From: Nitrospira sp.
Lineage (GTDB): Bacteria; Nitrospirota; Nitrospiria; Nitrospirales; Nitrospiraceae
Reading direction: 5' to 3'
DNA: 64,000 nt
NCBI GenBank assembly: GCA_029194725.1
Contig: JARFXQ010000013.1
Location: forward strand, 2,611 to 66,610
The notes under the pieces are model-generated. The model saw only the letters and a program-made list of their open reading frames with translations, had not been told where the DNA came from and ran no database searches. The first letter of the stretch is position 1, and each line of letters opens with the position of its first letter. This document shows, piece by piece, positions 37,497 to 48,075 of the stretch. The position numbers were made by a program, and so were the translations under genes.

Positions 37497-38945
37497 ATGA
37501 CTCTGTTTACCGTCGAAGAACTGCGGGAAGTCGTCGGCGCGAAAGTCTTGGCCGGCGAAGGGACCGGTTGGACAAAGCACCGTATCCGGCGGATCAGCCT
37601 GGATACTCGGTCGCTTCGACCTGGAGATCTCTTTCTCGCACTGCGAGGGGACCGATTCGACGGCCACGACTTTGTGGCCAAAGCGCTGTCGCGCGGGGCG
37701 ATGGGAGCGATTGTGCTCGATTCCTACGATGTGTCGAGGCTTGCCTTGAGGCGTGGCGCGATGCGGACCCAACCGTTTATCCTCGGCGTCAGCGATCCCC
37801 TCTATGCTTACCAGCAACTGGCTGCGTATCACCGAAGCCGATTTCGAATTCCCGTTGTTGCGGTCACGGGAAGCAATGGTAAGACGACGACGAAGGAAAT
37901 GGTCGCCGGCATCATGGCCCAGCGATGGAAGGTCCTCAAGACCGAAGGCAATCTGAACAACCGTGTGGGAGTTCCACAGACATTGCTCCACCTCAACGAT
38001 CGACACAAGGGGGCCGTCATCGAGATGGGAGTCGATAATCTGGGTCAGACCGCCAGGCTGTGTGAAATGGCCCGACCTACGATCGGAATCATTACGAACA
38101 TCGGCCCCGACCATCTGGAGTTTTTCGGGACGATGGAGGCGTCAGCTCAGGCCAAGGCGGAATTACTCGATCTGCTTCCTCCTGATGGAACCGCCATCCT
38201 GAACGCAGATGATTCGTATTTCGACTACCTGGCCGCGCGATCTCGATGTCCTGTGGTGTCGTTCGGCTTTTCATCGAAGGCCGACGTCCGAGCAATGGAT
38301 GTGAAATCCGACGGCCGTAATGGGACGATCTTTCGGCTACTGCTACCAGGAACAGTACGCCACGCTCTTGTTCATATTAGAGTCCAGGGTGATCACAACG
38401 TCACGAATGCCTTGGCAGCTGGAGCGGTCGGTTATATCCTGGGTTTGCCCGCTGGGGTGATCGCTCAGGGGCTGTCCCGTTTCCGGTCCGCTGCCATGCG
38501 ATCGCAAGTAGTAGTCAATCAGGGCGTGAAGTTGATTATCGACTGTTACAATGCCAATCCTGCTTCCATGAAAGCGGCGGTGCAATTACTGGCGCAAACG
38601 GGTGCGAAAGGAAAGAAGATAGCCGTTCTTGGAGACATGCTGGAACTCGGTCCGAATGCCGATCAGATGCATGAGGAGGTCGGCAGATTCTTGGTACGCC
38701 AAGGTGTCGATCTGCTGGTGGCCTGCGGTGGGTTAGGGCGAGATCTCGCCAAAGGGGCGAAACAGGCGGGACTGGATCCATCCCACATCCTCGAAGTGTC
38801 AGATGCACGCGCCGCTGCTGCCGCAGTGAAAACCGTCGTAAAATCGGGAGATGTTGTGTTGATCAAAGCCTCGCGCGGAATGAAATTGGAGCTGGTCGCT
38901 GACGCACTCCGAGGAGCAATACGTACGACGAAAAAGGCTTCGTAA
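37497..38945 (+). CDS. murF: UDP-MurNAc-tripeptide:D-Ala-D-Ala ligase
   Basis: GSNGKTTTKE, YNANP, GDMLELG and KASRG motifs. Confidence 0.96.
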   Translation: MTLFTVEELREVVGAKVLAGEGTGWTKHRIRRISLDTRSLRPGDLFLALRGDRFDGHDFVAKALSRGAMGAIVLDSYDVSRLALRRGAMRTQPFILGVSDPLYAYQQLAAYHRSRFRIPVVAVTGSNGKTTTKEMVAGIMAQRWKVLKTEGNLNNRVGVPQTLLHLNDRHKGAVIEMGVDNLGQTARLCEMARPTIGIITNIGPDHLEFFGTMEASAQAKAELLDLLPPDGTAILNADDSYFDYLAARSRCPVVSFGFSSKADVRAMDVKSDGRNGTIFRLLLPGTVRHALVHIRVQGDHNVTNALAAGAVGYILGLPAGVIAQGLSRFRSAAMRSQVVVNQGVKLIIDCYNANPASMKAAVQLLAQTGAKGKKIAVLGDMLELGPNADQMHEEVGRFLVRQGVDLLVACGGLGRDLAKGAKQAGLDPSHILEVSDARAAAAAVKTVVKSGDVVLIKASRGMKLELVADALRGAIRTTKKAS

Positions 38946-38959
38946 CGGTCGCGCAGGTT

Positions 38960-40036
38960 ATGCTGTATATCTGGCTCTATCCGCTCCACACAAAGTTCTC
39001 GTTTCTTAATGTCTTTCGTTATCAGAGTTTTCGCATTATTTACGCCGCAGTCACGGCATTCCTGATCGCATTCGTGCTCGCGCCGTGGGTGATTCGCAAG
39101 CTTCAAGAAATCAAGCTGGGGCAACAGGTACGTGACGATGGCCCAAAGCGACATCTGGCCAAGAGTGGAACACCTACGATGGGCGGCATCCTCATTATCT
39201 TCGCAGTCACCTTGTCGACGCTGCTCTGGGCCGACATCTCACGCCCCCATATCTGGCTGGTTCTTGCCGCGACACTGGGGTTCTGCGCCATCGGGTTTGT
39301 GGACGACTATCTCAAATTCATTAAAGCTCGTTCGAAAGGACTCTCGGCATCGCAAAAGTTCACGGCTCAAATAGCCATCGCGCTTCTCGTCGCGCTGATT
39401 TTGTACTCGTTGCCGGGCTACAACACGAAGTTGAGCGTGCCGTTTTTTAAGAATTTCATGCCCGACCTAGGCTGGTTTTACGTTGTTTTTGCCGTTCTGG
39501 TGATCGTTGGAAGTTCCAATGCCGTCAACCTCACTGATGGGCTCGATGGGCTGGCGATCGGTCCGGTGATGATTGCGGCGTTGGCGTACACCGTGGTCGC
39601 CTACGTCACCGGTCACCGATTGATGTCGGAATATCTCTTGATCCCGCATATCGACGGCGCCGGAGAGATGGCGGTCTTCACGGCGGCCATCCTCGGTTCA
39701 AGCCTTGGGTTCCTTTGGTTCAATACCTATCCGGCCTCCGTCTTTATGGGAGATGTCGGTTCGCTTCCGCTTGGAGCGGCCCTTGGGACGGTGGCGGTCA
39801 TTAGCAAGCATGAGTTGTTGTTGCTGATGGTCGGTGGTGTCTTCGTGATCGAGGCCGTCTCGGTCATTTTTCAGGTCGCTTCATACAAATCCCGAGGGAA
39901 ACGGATCTTTCTCATGGCTCCGATTCACCACCATTTTGAGATGAAAGGCTGGGAAGAACCGAAAGTCGTCGTGCGCTTGTGGATCATCGCCATTTTGCTG
40001 GCTCTATTGAGTTTGAGCACGCTGAAGTTAAGGTAA
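38960..40036 (+). CDS. mraY: Phospho-MurNAc-pentapeptide transferase
   Basis: TPTMGG, NLTDGLDG, FMGD and APIHHHFE motifs. Confidence 0.97.
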   Translation: MLYIWLYPLHTKFSFLNVFRYQSFRIIYAAVTAFLIAFVLAPWVIRKLQEIKLGQQVRDDGPKRHLAKSGTPTMGGILIIFAVTLSTLLWADISRPHIWLVLAATLGFCAIGFVDDYLKFIKARSKGLSASQKFTAQIAIALLVALILYSLPGYNTKLSVPFFKNFMPDLGWFYVVFAVLVIVGSSNAVNLTDGLDGLAIGPVMIAALAYTVVAYVTGHRLMSEYLLIPHIDGAGEMAVFTAAILGSSLGFLWFNTYPASVFMGDVGSLPLGAALGTVAVISKHELLLLMVGGVFVIEAVSVIFQVASYKSRGKRIFLMAPIHHHFEMKGWEEPKVVVRLWIIAILLALLSLSTLKLR

Positions 40037-41451
40037 TGGGCATGGTGGGGATGAACATCACCCAGTTGACAGGCACTCGCGTCACGGTCGTTGGGCTGGC
40101 ACGGAGCGGCGTAGCGGCTGCTCGCTTGTTGCAGGAGGCCGGAGCGTTGGTGACGGTGGCCGACCAGAAAGATCGAGGAGAGTTGTTCGAAATGCTTGGA
40201 TCTCTGGATCAGGCCGCAACCCGTCTCGTGCTGGGGAGAGAGTATGAATCGGCTCTCGACCAGGCTGAACTCGTGGTTATTAGTCCCGGAGTTCCCTACC
40301 GGTTGGAGGCTCTTGAACGTGTTCGTCGTCGAGGTACGAAGGTCATCAGCGAACTCGATCTCGCATCGCGGTTCCTTTCCGTTCCTATCCTGGCGTTGAC
40401 CGGCACCAATGGGAAGAGCACGACGGTTACGCTGATTGGAAAGATGCTGCAAGAGAGCGGAAAGCGGATATTTGTCGGCGGGAATCTTGGCACGGCGATC
40501 AGTGAAGCCGCCGTGCAATCGCTGCGAGCCATGAGGATGGGCGGTCCATGCCCGTACGACGCATTGGTCGTGGAGGTGTCCAGCTTCCAGCTGGAAACCA
40601 TCGAGCAGTTTCATCCATGGATTGCCGCGATTCTCAACGTGACGGTGGACCATCAGGATCGCTATGAGTCGATCGACGAATATGTCGCGGCCAAAAACAG
40701 AATATTCGAGAACCAAACTCCGTCCGACTACGCCCTCTTCAATCTGGATGACTCGAGGGTGGCTCCTCTGCGGCGAAGCGTGAGGGCCAATGTTCTCGGT
40801 TTCACGAGGACCGGGACGTTGCCTTCTGATCTGAGAGGGGGAACTTATCTCGATCGAGATCGCATCATGATGACGATCGGAGGTCAAACTCAGGAAATCT
40901 GTGCGCGGAACGAAGTCAAGATCATCGGCGATCATAACATCGAAAACGCCATGGTGGCTGCAACCTATGCGCACTTGAGCGGGTGCCCTCTCGGTATCAT
41001 TCGTCAGGTCCTCAATGAGTTTCCTGGGTTGGAACATGCATTGGAGGTCGTTCGTGAGCGGCGGGGCGTACGGTTCATCAACGATTCTAAGGGTACAAAC
41101 GTGGATGCGACGCTCAAAGCATTGGAGAGCGTCGATCAACCGATTTGGCTGATCGCTGGTGGGCGTGACAAGGGAGGGGATTTTTCTCGGTTGGCTCCCA
41201 CAATTCATCGGAAAGTGAAACGACTCATTCTAATCGGTGAAGCGGCGCCGCTGATCGCGAAGGCGATGGAAGGCTATCAGGCGATCGAACGCGCTGGCAC
41301 ATTGAGGGACGCCGTAGATCTGGCTGCATCGGGAGCGAGTCCAGGTGACGGGGTGCTGCTGTCTCCGGCCTGCGCGAGTTTCGACATGTTTGCAGATTAT
41401 CAAGACCGAGGGCGGCAATTTAAAGCTCTCGTACAATCGTTGCCGGTGTAA
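40036..41451 (+). CDS. murD: UDP-MurNAc-L-Ala:D-Glu ligase
   Basis: GLARSG, GTNGKST, EVSSFQL, NDSKGTN and SPACASFD motifs. Confidence 0.96.
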   Translation: MGMVGMNITQLTGTRVTVVGLARSGVAAARLLQEAGALVTVADQKDRGELFEMLGSLDQAATRLVLGREYESALDQAELVVISPGVPYRLEALERVRRRGTKVISELDLASRFLSVPILALTGTNGKSTTVTLIGKMLQESGKRIFVGGNLGTAISEAAVQSLRAMRMGGPCPYDALVVEVSSFQLETIEQFHPWIAAILNVTVDHQDRYESIDEYVAAKNRIFENQTPSDYALFNLDDSRVAPLRRSVRANVLGFTRTGTLPSDLRGGTYLDRDRIMMTIGGQTQEICARNEVKIIGDHNIENAMVAATYAHLSGCPLGIIRQVLNEFPGLEHALEVVRERRGVRFINDSKGTNVDATLKALESVDQPIWLIAGGRDKGGDFSRLAPTIHRKVKRLILIGEAAPLIAKAMEGYQAIERAGTLRDAVDLAASGASPGDGVLLSPACASFDMFADYQDRGRQFKALVQSLPV

Positions 41452-41486
41452 CCGACGGTTAGGCAGAGGAGCATTGACGCTGGAAG

Positions 41487-42692
41487 ATGCCTCAGAGATC
41501 AGCAGTGACCTTGGCCTTGCCCTGGTCCACCCTCAGCCCGCGCGCACCGAAGCAGGTGGGGATGGATCATATCTTGCTGTTCGTGACCATCACCCTGGCG
41601 CTGGTTGGTCTTGTGATGGTCTTCAGTGCGAGCGCTGTAGTGGCGGGCAATCGATTCCACGATTCCTGGTACTACTTGAAGCGGCAACTGGCATGGCTGA
41701 CACTTGGGTTGATGCTTCTGCATGTGGCGTCTCGCGTCGATTACATATGGTGGAAGCGCTTTGCGCTTCCTCTCCTGGCTCTCGTCATCGTGCTGCTGAT
41801 GGCTGTCCTAATTCCTTCGATCGGCGTTGCTGCCAACGGAGCCCGGCGTTGGTTACGGTTGGGGCCTATTTCGATTCAGCCGGCCGAGATGGCGAAGCTG
41901 ATCGCGGTGATCTATCTGGCCGCGTACCTCGCAAAAAACGACGATCGACTGCAGCATTTCTCAACAGGGCTGCTTCCGGCGCTGCTTATTCTCGCGGTCA
42001 TCAGTGGGTTAGTCCTCATGGAACCGGATTTGGGGACCATTGTGGTGATCGGATTGGTGACGTCTGGCATGTTGTTCCTCGGTGGAGCAAGGATACCCCA
42101 TCTCCTCAGTCTCGTATCGGTCGCGTTGGTCGTGGTGGCGGTGTTGATATGGTTATCACCCTATCGATGGCAACGACTCATCGCGTTTTTCTATCCGGAG
42201 CGGGATCCAACCGGAACCGGGTTCCAGATCAACCAATCGTTTCTCGCATTCGGCAGCGGTGGACTCCTCGGAGTTGGGTTGGGGGAAGGCAAGCAGAAAC
42301 TCTTCTTTCTCCCGGAAGCGCATACCGATTTTGTGCTGGCCCTCATCGGCGAAGAGCTTGGGTTCGTTGGAGCGGGGATCATCGTCCTTTTCTTCGCGCT
42401 CTTCTCGATCCGGGGGTTTCAGATCTCCACCAGGGCTCGAATTCCGTTCGGCCGTTACCTGGGAATCGGCATCACGACGCTCATCGGTGTCCAGGCACTG
42501 ATCAATGCCTGTGTTGTGACCGGCTTGTTGCCGACCAAAGGTCTTACATTGCCGTTTGTCAGCTATGGTGGATCTTCCTTGGTGATCAGTCTGACCGGAG
42601 TAGGAATTTTGCTGAACATCTCGCGGGATCGGCAGGCGGGACGAGAAGAGACGAGACGAAAGAGCGGGCGTGGGTGGGCGAGTCGACGATGA
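41487..42692 (+). CDS. ftsW: SEDS peptidoglycan glycosyltransferase FtsW
   Basis: GARRW, QPAE, PEAHTDF and LPFVSYGGS motifs. Confidence 0.96.
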   Translation: MPQRSAVTLALPWSTLSPRAPKQVGMDHILLFVTITLALVGLVMVFSASAVVAGNRFHDSWYYLKRQLAWLTLGLMLLHVASRVDYIWWKRFALPLLALVIVLLMAVLIPSIGVAANGARRWLRLGPISIQPAEMAKLIAVIYLAAYLAKNDDRLQHFSTGLLPALLILAVISGLVLMEPDLGTIVVIGLVTSGMLFLGGARIPHLLSLVSVALVVVAVLIWLSPYRWQRLIAFFYPERDPTGTGFQINQSFLAFGSGGLLGVGLGEGKQKLFFLPEAHTDFVLALIGEELGFVGAGIIVLFFALFSIRGFQISTRARIPFGRYLGIGITTLIGVQALINACVVTGLLPTKGLTLPFVSYGGSSLVISLTGVGILLNISRDRQAGREETRRKSGRGWASRR

Positions 42693-43810
42693 CGATTGTG
42701 ATCGCCGCTGGTGGGACCGGTGGGCATCTCTATCCGGCTGTCGCGCTGGCTCGAGAGTTTCTCCATCGCGATCCTTCCACGAACATCCTCTTTGTCGGGA
42801 CGGTGCGAGGGGTCGAGTCCAGGGTGCTCGCCCATGAAGGATTCGAGTTGGCGCTGATCACCGCGAAGCCGGTCATGGGCAAGGGACTGCTGGATGTCGT
42901 CAAGGGAGTGCTCTCCGTACCTATCGGGATCTGGCAATCACTGGGAATTCTGAACCAGCGACAGGCTGACTTAGTGATCGGAGTAGGTGGCTATACGAGT
43001 CCGGCCATGTTGATAGCTGCCGCACTGAAAGGAATTGCCCGCGTGATTCTGGAACCAAATGCCCATCCAGGATTGGCTAACAAAGTCGTCGCTTCCTTTG
43101 CTCAGAGGATTTTTTTGGCATTTGAGTCAGCCAGGACTTTCTTTGAACGACGAAAGGTGCGTGTCGTCGGGACACCGATCCGACAGGAGTTCTTGATGCA
43201 ACCAACCGACAGCGCGTCAACCAAGCAGGAAGGGCAACATCTGCTGATTTTCGGTGGCAGCCAAGGGGCCAAGGCCATCAACAGTGCGGTGTTGGAAGGG
43301 TTGGCTCAACTGAGCCGACGTCTTCCCGGCCTGACAATCACACATCAGACCGGGGAGGGAGATTGTGAACGAGTAAGAGATGCCTACCGAACGCTGGGCA
43401 TTCAGGCAAGAATCGTCCCCTTTCTCTACGATATGCCGGCTGTCCTCCGGACGGCTGATTTGGTGGTGGCTCGCGCCGGTGCGATGACGATTGCCGAACT
43501 GACGGCCTGTGGGAAGGCCGCGATTCTGATTCCCCTGCCGACGGCCATCTATGATCACCAGATGAAGAACGCGAGAGCGATGGAGGCAGCGGGAGGTGCC
43601 ATTGTTCTTCCACAGGCAGATCTCACAGGAGCGAAACTGAGTGAGATGATAGAAGGTGCGTTCTCGGACCCGCTGCGGCTGGAGAGAATGCAGCGGAAGA
43701 GTTTGGAGATGAGACGCATCGATGCCGGCGAAGTGATCGTCGGCGAATGTTACGCGCTCATGGGAGTGACAGATCACATCAGCCAAACTACTAGAGCGAC
43801 CGGAGGGTAG
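42689..43810 (+). CDS. murG: Lipid II GlcNAc transferase
   Basis: GGTGGHLYP, GGSQGA and RAGAMT motifs; ATGA overlap with ftsW. Confidence 0.96.
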   Translation: MTIVIAAGGTGGHLYPAVALAREFLHRDPSTNILFVGTVRGVESRVLAHEGFELALITAKPVMGKGLLDVVKGVLSVPIGIWQSLGILNQRQADLVIGVGGYTSPAMLIAAALKGIARVILEPNAHPGLANKVVASFAQRIFLAFESARTFFERRKVRVVGTPIRQEFLMQPTDSASTKQEGQHLLIFGGSQGAKAINSAVLEGLAQLSRRLPGLTITHQTGEGDCERVRDAYRTLGIQARIVPFLYDMPAVLRTADLVVARAGAMTIAELTACGKAAILIPLPTAIYDHQMKNARAMEAAGGAIVLPQADLTGAKLSEMIEGAFSDPLRLERMQRKSLEMRRIDAGEVIVGECYALMGVTDHISQTTRATGG

Positions 43811-43871
43811 TGTCGGTGGAGAACGGGGAATTCGGTCACAGGTTTCTGCAGGACGACAAAGGCTAAACCGT

Positions 43872-45263
43872 ATGACGCTCTTTCGCAAGACACAGCAAAT
43901 TCATCTCGTCGGCATCGGCGGGGCCGGTATGAGCGGCATCGCAGAAGTCCTCCTCACGATGGGATACAAGGTGACCGGTTCAGATCTGCACGCTTCGGAG
44001 ACGACGAAGCGACTGGAAGAACTCGGTGGGAAGGTGTTCATCGGTCATCAGGAGTCCAATGTGGGAGAGGCGCAAGTTGTGGTCATCTCTTCAGCCGTGG
44101 CGGTGAGTAACCCCGAAGTTGTAGCTGCGAAGGCGAAGCAGATTCCGGTGATTCCGCGGGCGGAGATGTTGGCGGAACTGATGCGGCTGAAGTTTGGGGT
44201 GGCAATAGCCGGCGCTCATGGAAAAACCACCACAACGTCAATGGTCGCGAACGTGTTGGCGCAGGGTGGCCTTGACCCTACGATGGTCATCGGAGGCAAG
44301 GTCAACGCCTTGGGCAGTCACGCGCGGCTTGGACGAGGCGACTTGCTCGTGGCCGAGGCGGACGAAAGTGATGGATCGTTTCTTCGGCTCTCCCCGACCA
44401 TCGTGGCGGTGACCAATCTGGACCGTGAGCACCTTGACCACTACGGGTCGATGGAACGCATCAACGAAAGCTTCTTGGAGTTCATCAACAAAATCCCCTT
44501 TTATGGCTTGGCGGTACTGTGCGCCGATGACGATCATTTGACCGCACTGTTTCCTCGCTTGGTCAAACGGTATCACACCTACGGACTTCACGATCGGGAC
44601 GGAGCGGCGCCGGATTTCAAGGCAACCGACATCAGTCTGAGGCAGTGGGGTGCTGAGTTTCGGACGTATTTTCGTGGAAGGAATCTTGGCCCCTTCCGAT
44701 TAGCCGTGCCGGGCATCCACAACGTTTCAAATGCGTTGGTTGCCATTGCTATCGGCTTCGAGCTGGAGATTCCTGTAGATCTGATTCGCAAAGGGCTGGC
44801 GGCCTTCACGGGAGTCGAGCGGCGGTTTCATTTGCGAGGCGAGGCCGGCGGGATCATGGTGGTCGATGACTATGGCCACCATCCCACCGAGGTGAAAGCG
44901 ACCCTTGCTGCGGCCAGGCAGGGCTGGGATCGTCGTTTGGTGGTTCTTTTCCAACCGCATCGATACAGCCGGACGAGAGATTGCATCGCAGAGTTCGCGC
45001 ATGCCTTTGATCGCGCCGACTTGCTGTTCACGACGGAAATCTATCCGGCAGGTGAACAACCGATAGTGGGAGTGTCTGGAGCTGCCCTCGCCGAAACGAT
45101 CAAGTCGGCAGGCCATCCAGCGGTGACTTTCATCGAGCGAAAGGAAATGCTGCCGGATCAGGTACTACCCCATCTCAGAACGGGCGATCTTGTCCTCACG
45201 TTGGGTGCGGGCGATATCTGGAAGGCTGGAACCGGAATTCTTGCCCGGCTTGAGTCTGCTTGA
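43872..45263 (+). CDS. murC: UDP-MurNAc:L-Ala ligase
   Basis: GIGGAGMSG, HGKTTT, EADESD, DDYGHHP and FQPHRY motifs. Confidence 0.97.
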   Translation: MTLFRKTQQIHLVGIGGAGMSGIAEVLLTMGYKVTGSDLHASETTKRLEELGGKVFIGHQESNVGEAQVVVISSAVAVSNPEVVAAKAKQIPVIPRAEMLAELMRLKFGVAIAGAHGKTTTTSMVANVLAQGGLDPTMVIGGKVNALGSHARLGRGDLLVAEADESDGSFLRLSPTIVAVTNLDREHLDHYGSMERINESFLEFINKIPFYGLAVLCADDDHLTALFPRLVKRYHTYGLHDRDGAAPDFKATDISLRQWGAEFRTYFRGRNLGPFRLAVPGIHNVSNALVAIAIGFELEIPVDLIRKGLAAFTGVERRFHLRGEAGGIMVVDDYGHHPTEVKATLAAARQGWDRRLVVLFQPHRYSRTRDCIAEFAHAFDRADLLFTTEIYPAGEQPIVGVSGAALAETIKSAGHPAVTFIERKEMLPDQVLPHLRTGDLVLTLGAGDIWKAGTGILARLESA

Positions 45264-45269
45264 TGGCTT

Positions 45270-46214
45270 ATGAAGCCGCGAATTCAAACGGATGGAACGA
45301 AGGTACGACCATTACGGGTACGGCACAGATTGGAATCTGCCGTGGCGGGCGTTCGCGGGCTGGTTCGTTTCAATGCACCGCTTAAAGAGTACACATCATT
45401 CCACATCGGTGGTCCGGCCGATGTGTTCGTGGAGCCAGCCGATGTCGAGGATATTGTTCGTCTTGCGAAGCAGACGCGCGAACAGAAACTTCCGATCTTT
45501 GTATTGGGCGGTACCAACGTCCTCGTTCGCGACAAAGGAATCAGAGGTGTGGTGGTCAATTTAGCAAGATTACGCGCGATCAAAGATGAACCGGGAGCCG
45601 TTTTGTATGCCGAAGGTGGCGTCGGCATGCCGACGCTGATTGGCCAGGCTATCCGTCGGTCTTTGGCCGGATTGGAGTGGGCGGCCGGTATTCCCGGCAC
45701 TGTTGCAGGCTGTGTCGTGATGAATGCAGGGACCAGACTCGGTGAAATGAAGGACGCGGTGAAAGCCGTTCGGATCGTATCCCCAAGAGGTGCAGTGATT
45801 GACTGCCCGGCAGAAGCAATCGAGTTTCGATATCGTCGTGCGACGTTGCCGCCGGGCGTTGTCGTCGGAGTATGGCTGCAGTTGAGGGCGGGGGTGCGGT
45901 CGGACATCGAAAAGGTCGTGAAAGACTATCTTCGCTACCGTCGTGATACGCAGCCGCTTGCGCTACCGAGCGCCGGCTGCGTGTTCAAGAATCCACTGAA
46001 TGATTCGGCTGGACGAGTCGTCGAAGCGGCAGGACTCAAAGGAACATCGGTCGGTGATGCACAGGTTTCAACCAAGCATGCCAATTTTATCGTGAATCAA
46101 GGGCATGCCAGCGCCGCCGACGTGCTTTCGTTGATCAAGAAGATGCGCGCTCGAATCGCTCAAAGGACGGGGATCAAATTGGAGCTGGAATTGAATATCG
46201 TGGGGGAAGCATAG
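45270..46214 (+). CDS. murB: UDP-N-acetylenolpyruvylglucosamine reductase
   Basis: IGGPA, GIPGTVAG..MNAG, SAGCVFKNP and HANF motifs. Confidence 0.95.
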   Translation: MKPRIQTDGTKVRPLRVRHRLESAVAGVRGLVRFNAPLKEYTSFHIGGPADVFVEPADVEDIVRLAKQTREQKLPIFVLGGTNVLVRDKGIRGVVVNLARLRAIKDEPGAVLYAEGGVGMPTLIGQAIRRSLAGLEWAAGIPGTVAGCVVMNAGTRLGEMKDAVKAVRIVSPRGAVIDCPAEAIEFRYRRATLPPGVVVGVWLQLRAGVRSDIEKVVKDYLRYRRDTQPLALPSAGCVFKNPLNDSAGRVVEAAGLKGTSVGDAQVSTKHANFIVNQGHASAADVLSLIKKMRARIAQRTGIKLELELNIVGEA

Positions 46215-46228
46215 CGAAAGGGAAGGTC

Positions 46229-47212
46229 GTGACGATGGGTCGACTGACAGATGCTCGGATCGGCGTGCTCATGGGAGGACGATCTTCGGAGCGGGAGATT
46301 TCACTGAAGACCGGTCAGGCCGTCTATCAGGCGCTGATCCGTCGAGGATACGACGCGGTGGCCATCGACGTCACCGATCGTTTGCATCGGGATTTGGAGG
46401 ACCACAAAGTCGCCATTGCCTTTCTCTCGTTGCACGGACCAGGTGGTGAAGACGGAACGATCCAAGGATTTCTCGAGACATTGGGAATTCCCTATACCGG
46501 CTCCGGCGTGCGCACGAGTGCAGTGGGAATGCATAAGTCGGCCACGAAAACGATATTGGCCGCACATGGTATTCCCCTCCCGGCCGGAACCGTTGTGCCG
46601 GAATGCGACAGACCGTCATTGGCGAAGGTCCTAAGACAGGCAAAACTGACATTGCCGATTGTCGTCAAACCGGTTTCACAGGGATCCACGATCGGCGTCT
46701 CCATCGTGCGTCGAGCCGGTCAATGGAAGGAGGCTCTCGACCTGGCCCATCGTTATGATTCAGAAGCGATGGTGGAGAGTTACATTCCCGGACATGAAGC
46801 GACAGTGTCCATTCTAGGAACAGCGGCGGAAGGTCCGAAAGTACTTCCTGCCATTGAGATCGTGGCGCCCGATGGGTTTTACGATTTCTCGGCTAAATAC
46901 CAGAAGGGCAGGACTCGGTATCTCTGTCCCGCTCCCTTCCCTCCCAAGATGGTTCACCACATCGGTGAGTTAGCGAGACGAGCATACGAGGTGTTGGGGT
47001 GCGAGGGAGCTGTTCGCGTGGATTTCCGCATCACTCCGAGAGGTCGGCCCTATGTCCTAGAAATCAATACGGTTCCCGGGATGACGGAAACGAGTCTGTT
47101 GCCTATGGCCGCAGCTCAAGCGGGAATTCCGTATGACGACCTGGTCGAGCAAATTCTGAAATCGGCGCTCGATCGCGCGAGTCGCTTTGCACGGGTAGTC
47201 CCAAAGGGGTGA
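46229..47212 (+). CDS. ddl: D-alanine--D-alanine ligase
   Basis: GGRSSEREIS, LHGPGGEDG and EINTVPG motifs. Confidence 0.96.
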   Translation: MTMGRLTDARIGVLMGGRSSEREISLKTGQAVYQALIRRGYDAVAIDVTDRLHRDLEDHKVAIAFLSLHGPGGEDGTIQGFLETLGIPYTGSGVRTSAVGMHKSATKTILAAHGIPLPAGTVVPECDRPSLAKVLRQAKLTLPIVVKPVSQGSTIGVSIVRRAGQWKEALDLAHRYDSEAMVESYIPGHEATVSILGTAAEGPKVLPAIEIVAPDGFYDFSAKYQKGRTRYLCPAPFPPKMVHHIGELARRAYEVLGCEGAVRVDFRITPRGRPYVLEINTVPGMTETSLLPMAAAQAGIPYDDLVEQILKSALDRASRFARVVPKG

Positions 47213-48075
47213 GTGTCATGCGATGCTTTGGTAGAAAGACGCAACCTCGTCCAGCGAGACCACGAAGGAATCAGTGGAAGGATCCGCAGGGAGAGAGGGC
47301 AGTGAAGGAAGCCAGTCGGGCAAAAATAGCTAGGCGGAAAGCCCTTGTTCGAAGGGTCGGACTGGTGACCGGTACGGGGCTCGTGGTGTGGCTCGTCGTG
47401 ATGGGTATGCGATATTCCGGTCCTGCTCTCCAATCGTTGTTGGAAATCAAGACGATCACAGTCGAGGGAGAGAACCACCTCGATAAACAGAAAGTGCTGG
47501 AGCTTGCAAAGGTGAAACTCGGTACAGGACTCCACCATCTTGTGACGAGAGTTATTAAGGAGCGGGTGGAATCTCATCCATGGGTCAAAGAGGCCGAAGT
47601 GACCCGGGTTCCGTTTCATGAGCTACGCATATCCCTGGTCGAACGAATACCTGCCGCCGTCATCCGTGCAGATTCCCAAAACTTTCTGACTGATGCGGAG
47701 GGGCACGTGCTTACCGGGCTTGGCCAGACCGATGATGACGTCTTGCCTCTCGTGGCAGGAATCGATTCCCAAGGTCTGTTGGACGGAACTGAGTCGGTGA
47801 GACAGGTCATCGTGTCGAGCATCAAGCTTGCCAAATTGGTCGGGCAGACATTCGAAGGTCGGCTGCGAGTGAACGTGGAAAATCCGTCAAACCTCGTCGC
47901 ACTCGTCCAGGGAATGCGATTTCAGTTCGGCGCAGAATCGGTTGGAGAGCAGTGGGAACGGTTTCAACGCGTCAAACCGACCCTCAAAACGCTGAACCTT
48001 GACGGGCATGGGCGTAGAGCGAACGAAGTGGACCTCCGGTACGAAAATCGAATCGTCGTACGGGAAGGGGGGTGA
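47209..48075 (+). CDS. ftsQ: Cell division protein FtsQ/DivIB
   Basis: Basic N-tail, TM helix, POTRA domain (PWVKEAEV) and C-terminal VDLRY. Confidence 0.88.
   Translation: MSVMRCFGRKTQPRPARPRRNQWKDPQGERAVKEASRAKIARRKALVRRVGLVTGTGLVVWLVVMGMRYSGPALQSLLEIKTITVEGENHLDKQKVLELAKVKLGTGLHHLVTRVIKERVESHPWVKEAEVTRVPFHELRISLVERIPAAVIRADSQNFLTDAEGHVLTGLGQTDDDVLPLVAGIDSQGLLDGTESVRQVIVSSIKLAKLVGQTFEGRLRVNVENPSNLVALVQGMRFQFGAESVGEQWERFQRVKPTLKTLNLDGHGRRANEVDLRYENRIVVREGG

Noticed and set aside
41345-43810. 821-aa ORF suggesting a giant MurG fusion
   Set aside because: The first 448 codons are an alternative frame over ftsW. MurG begins at ATG 42689, coupled to the ftsW stop.
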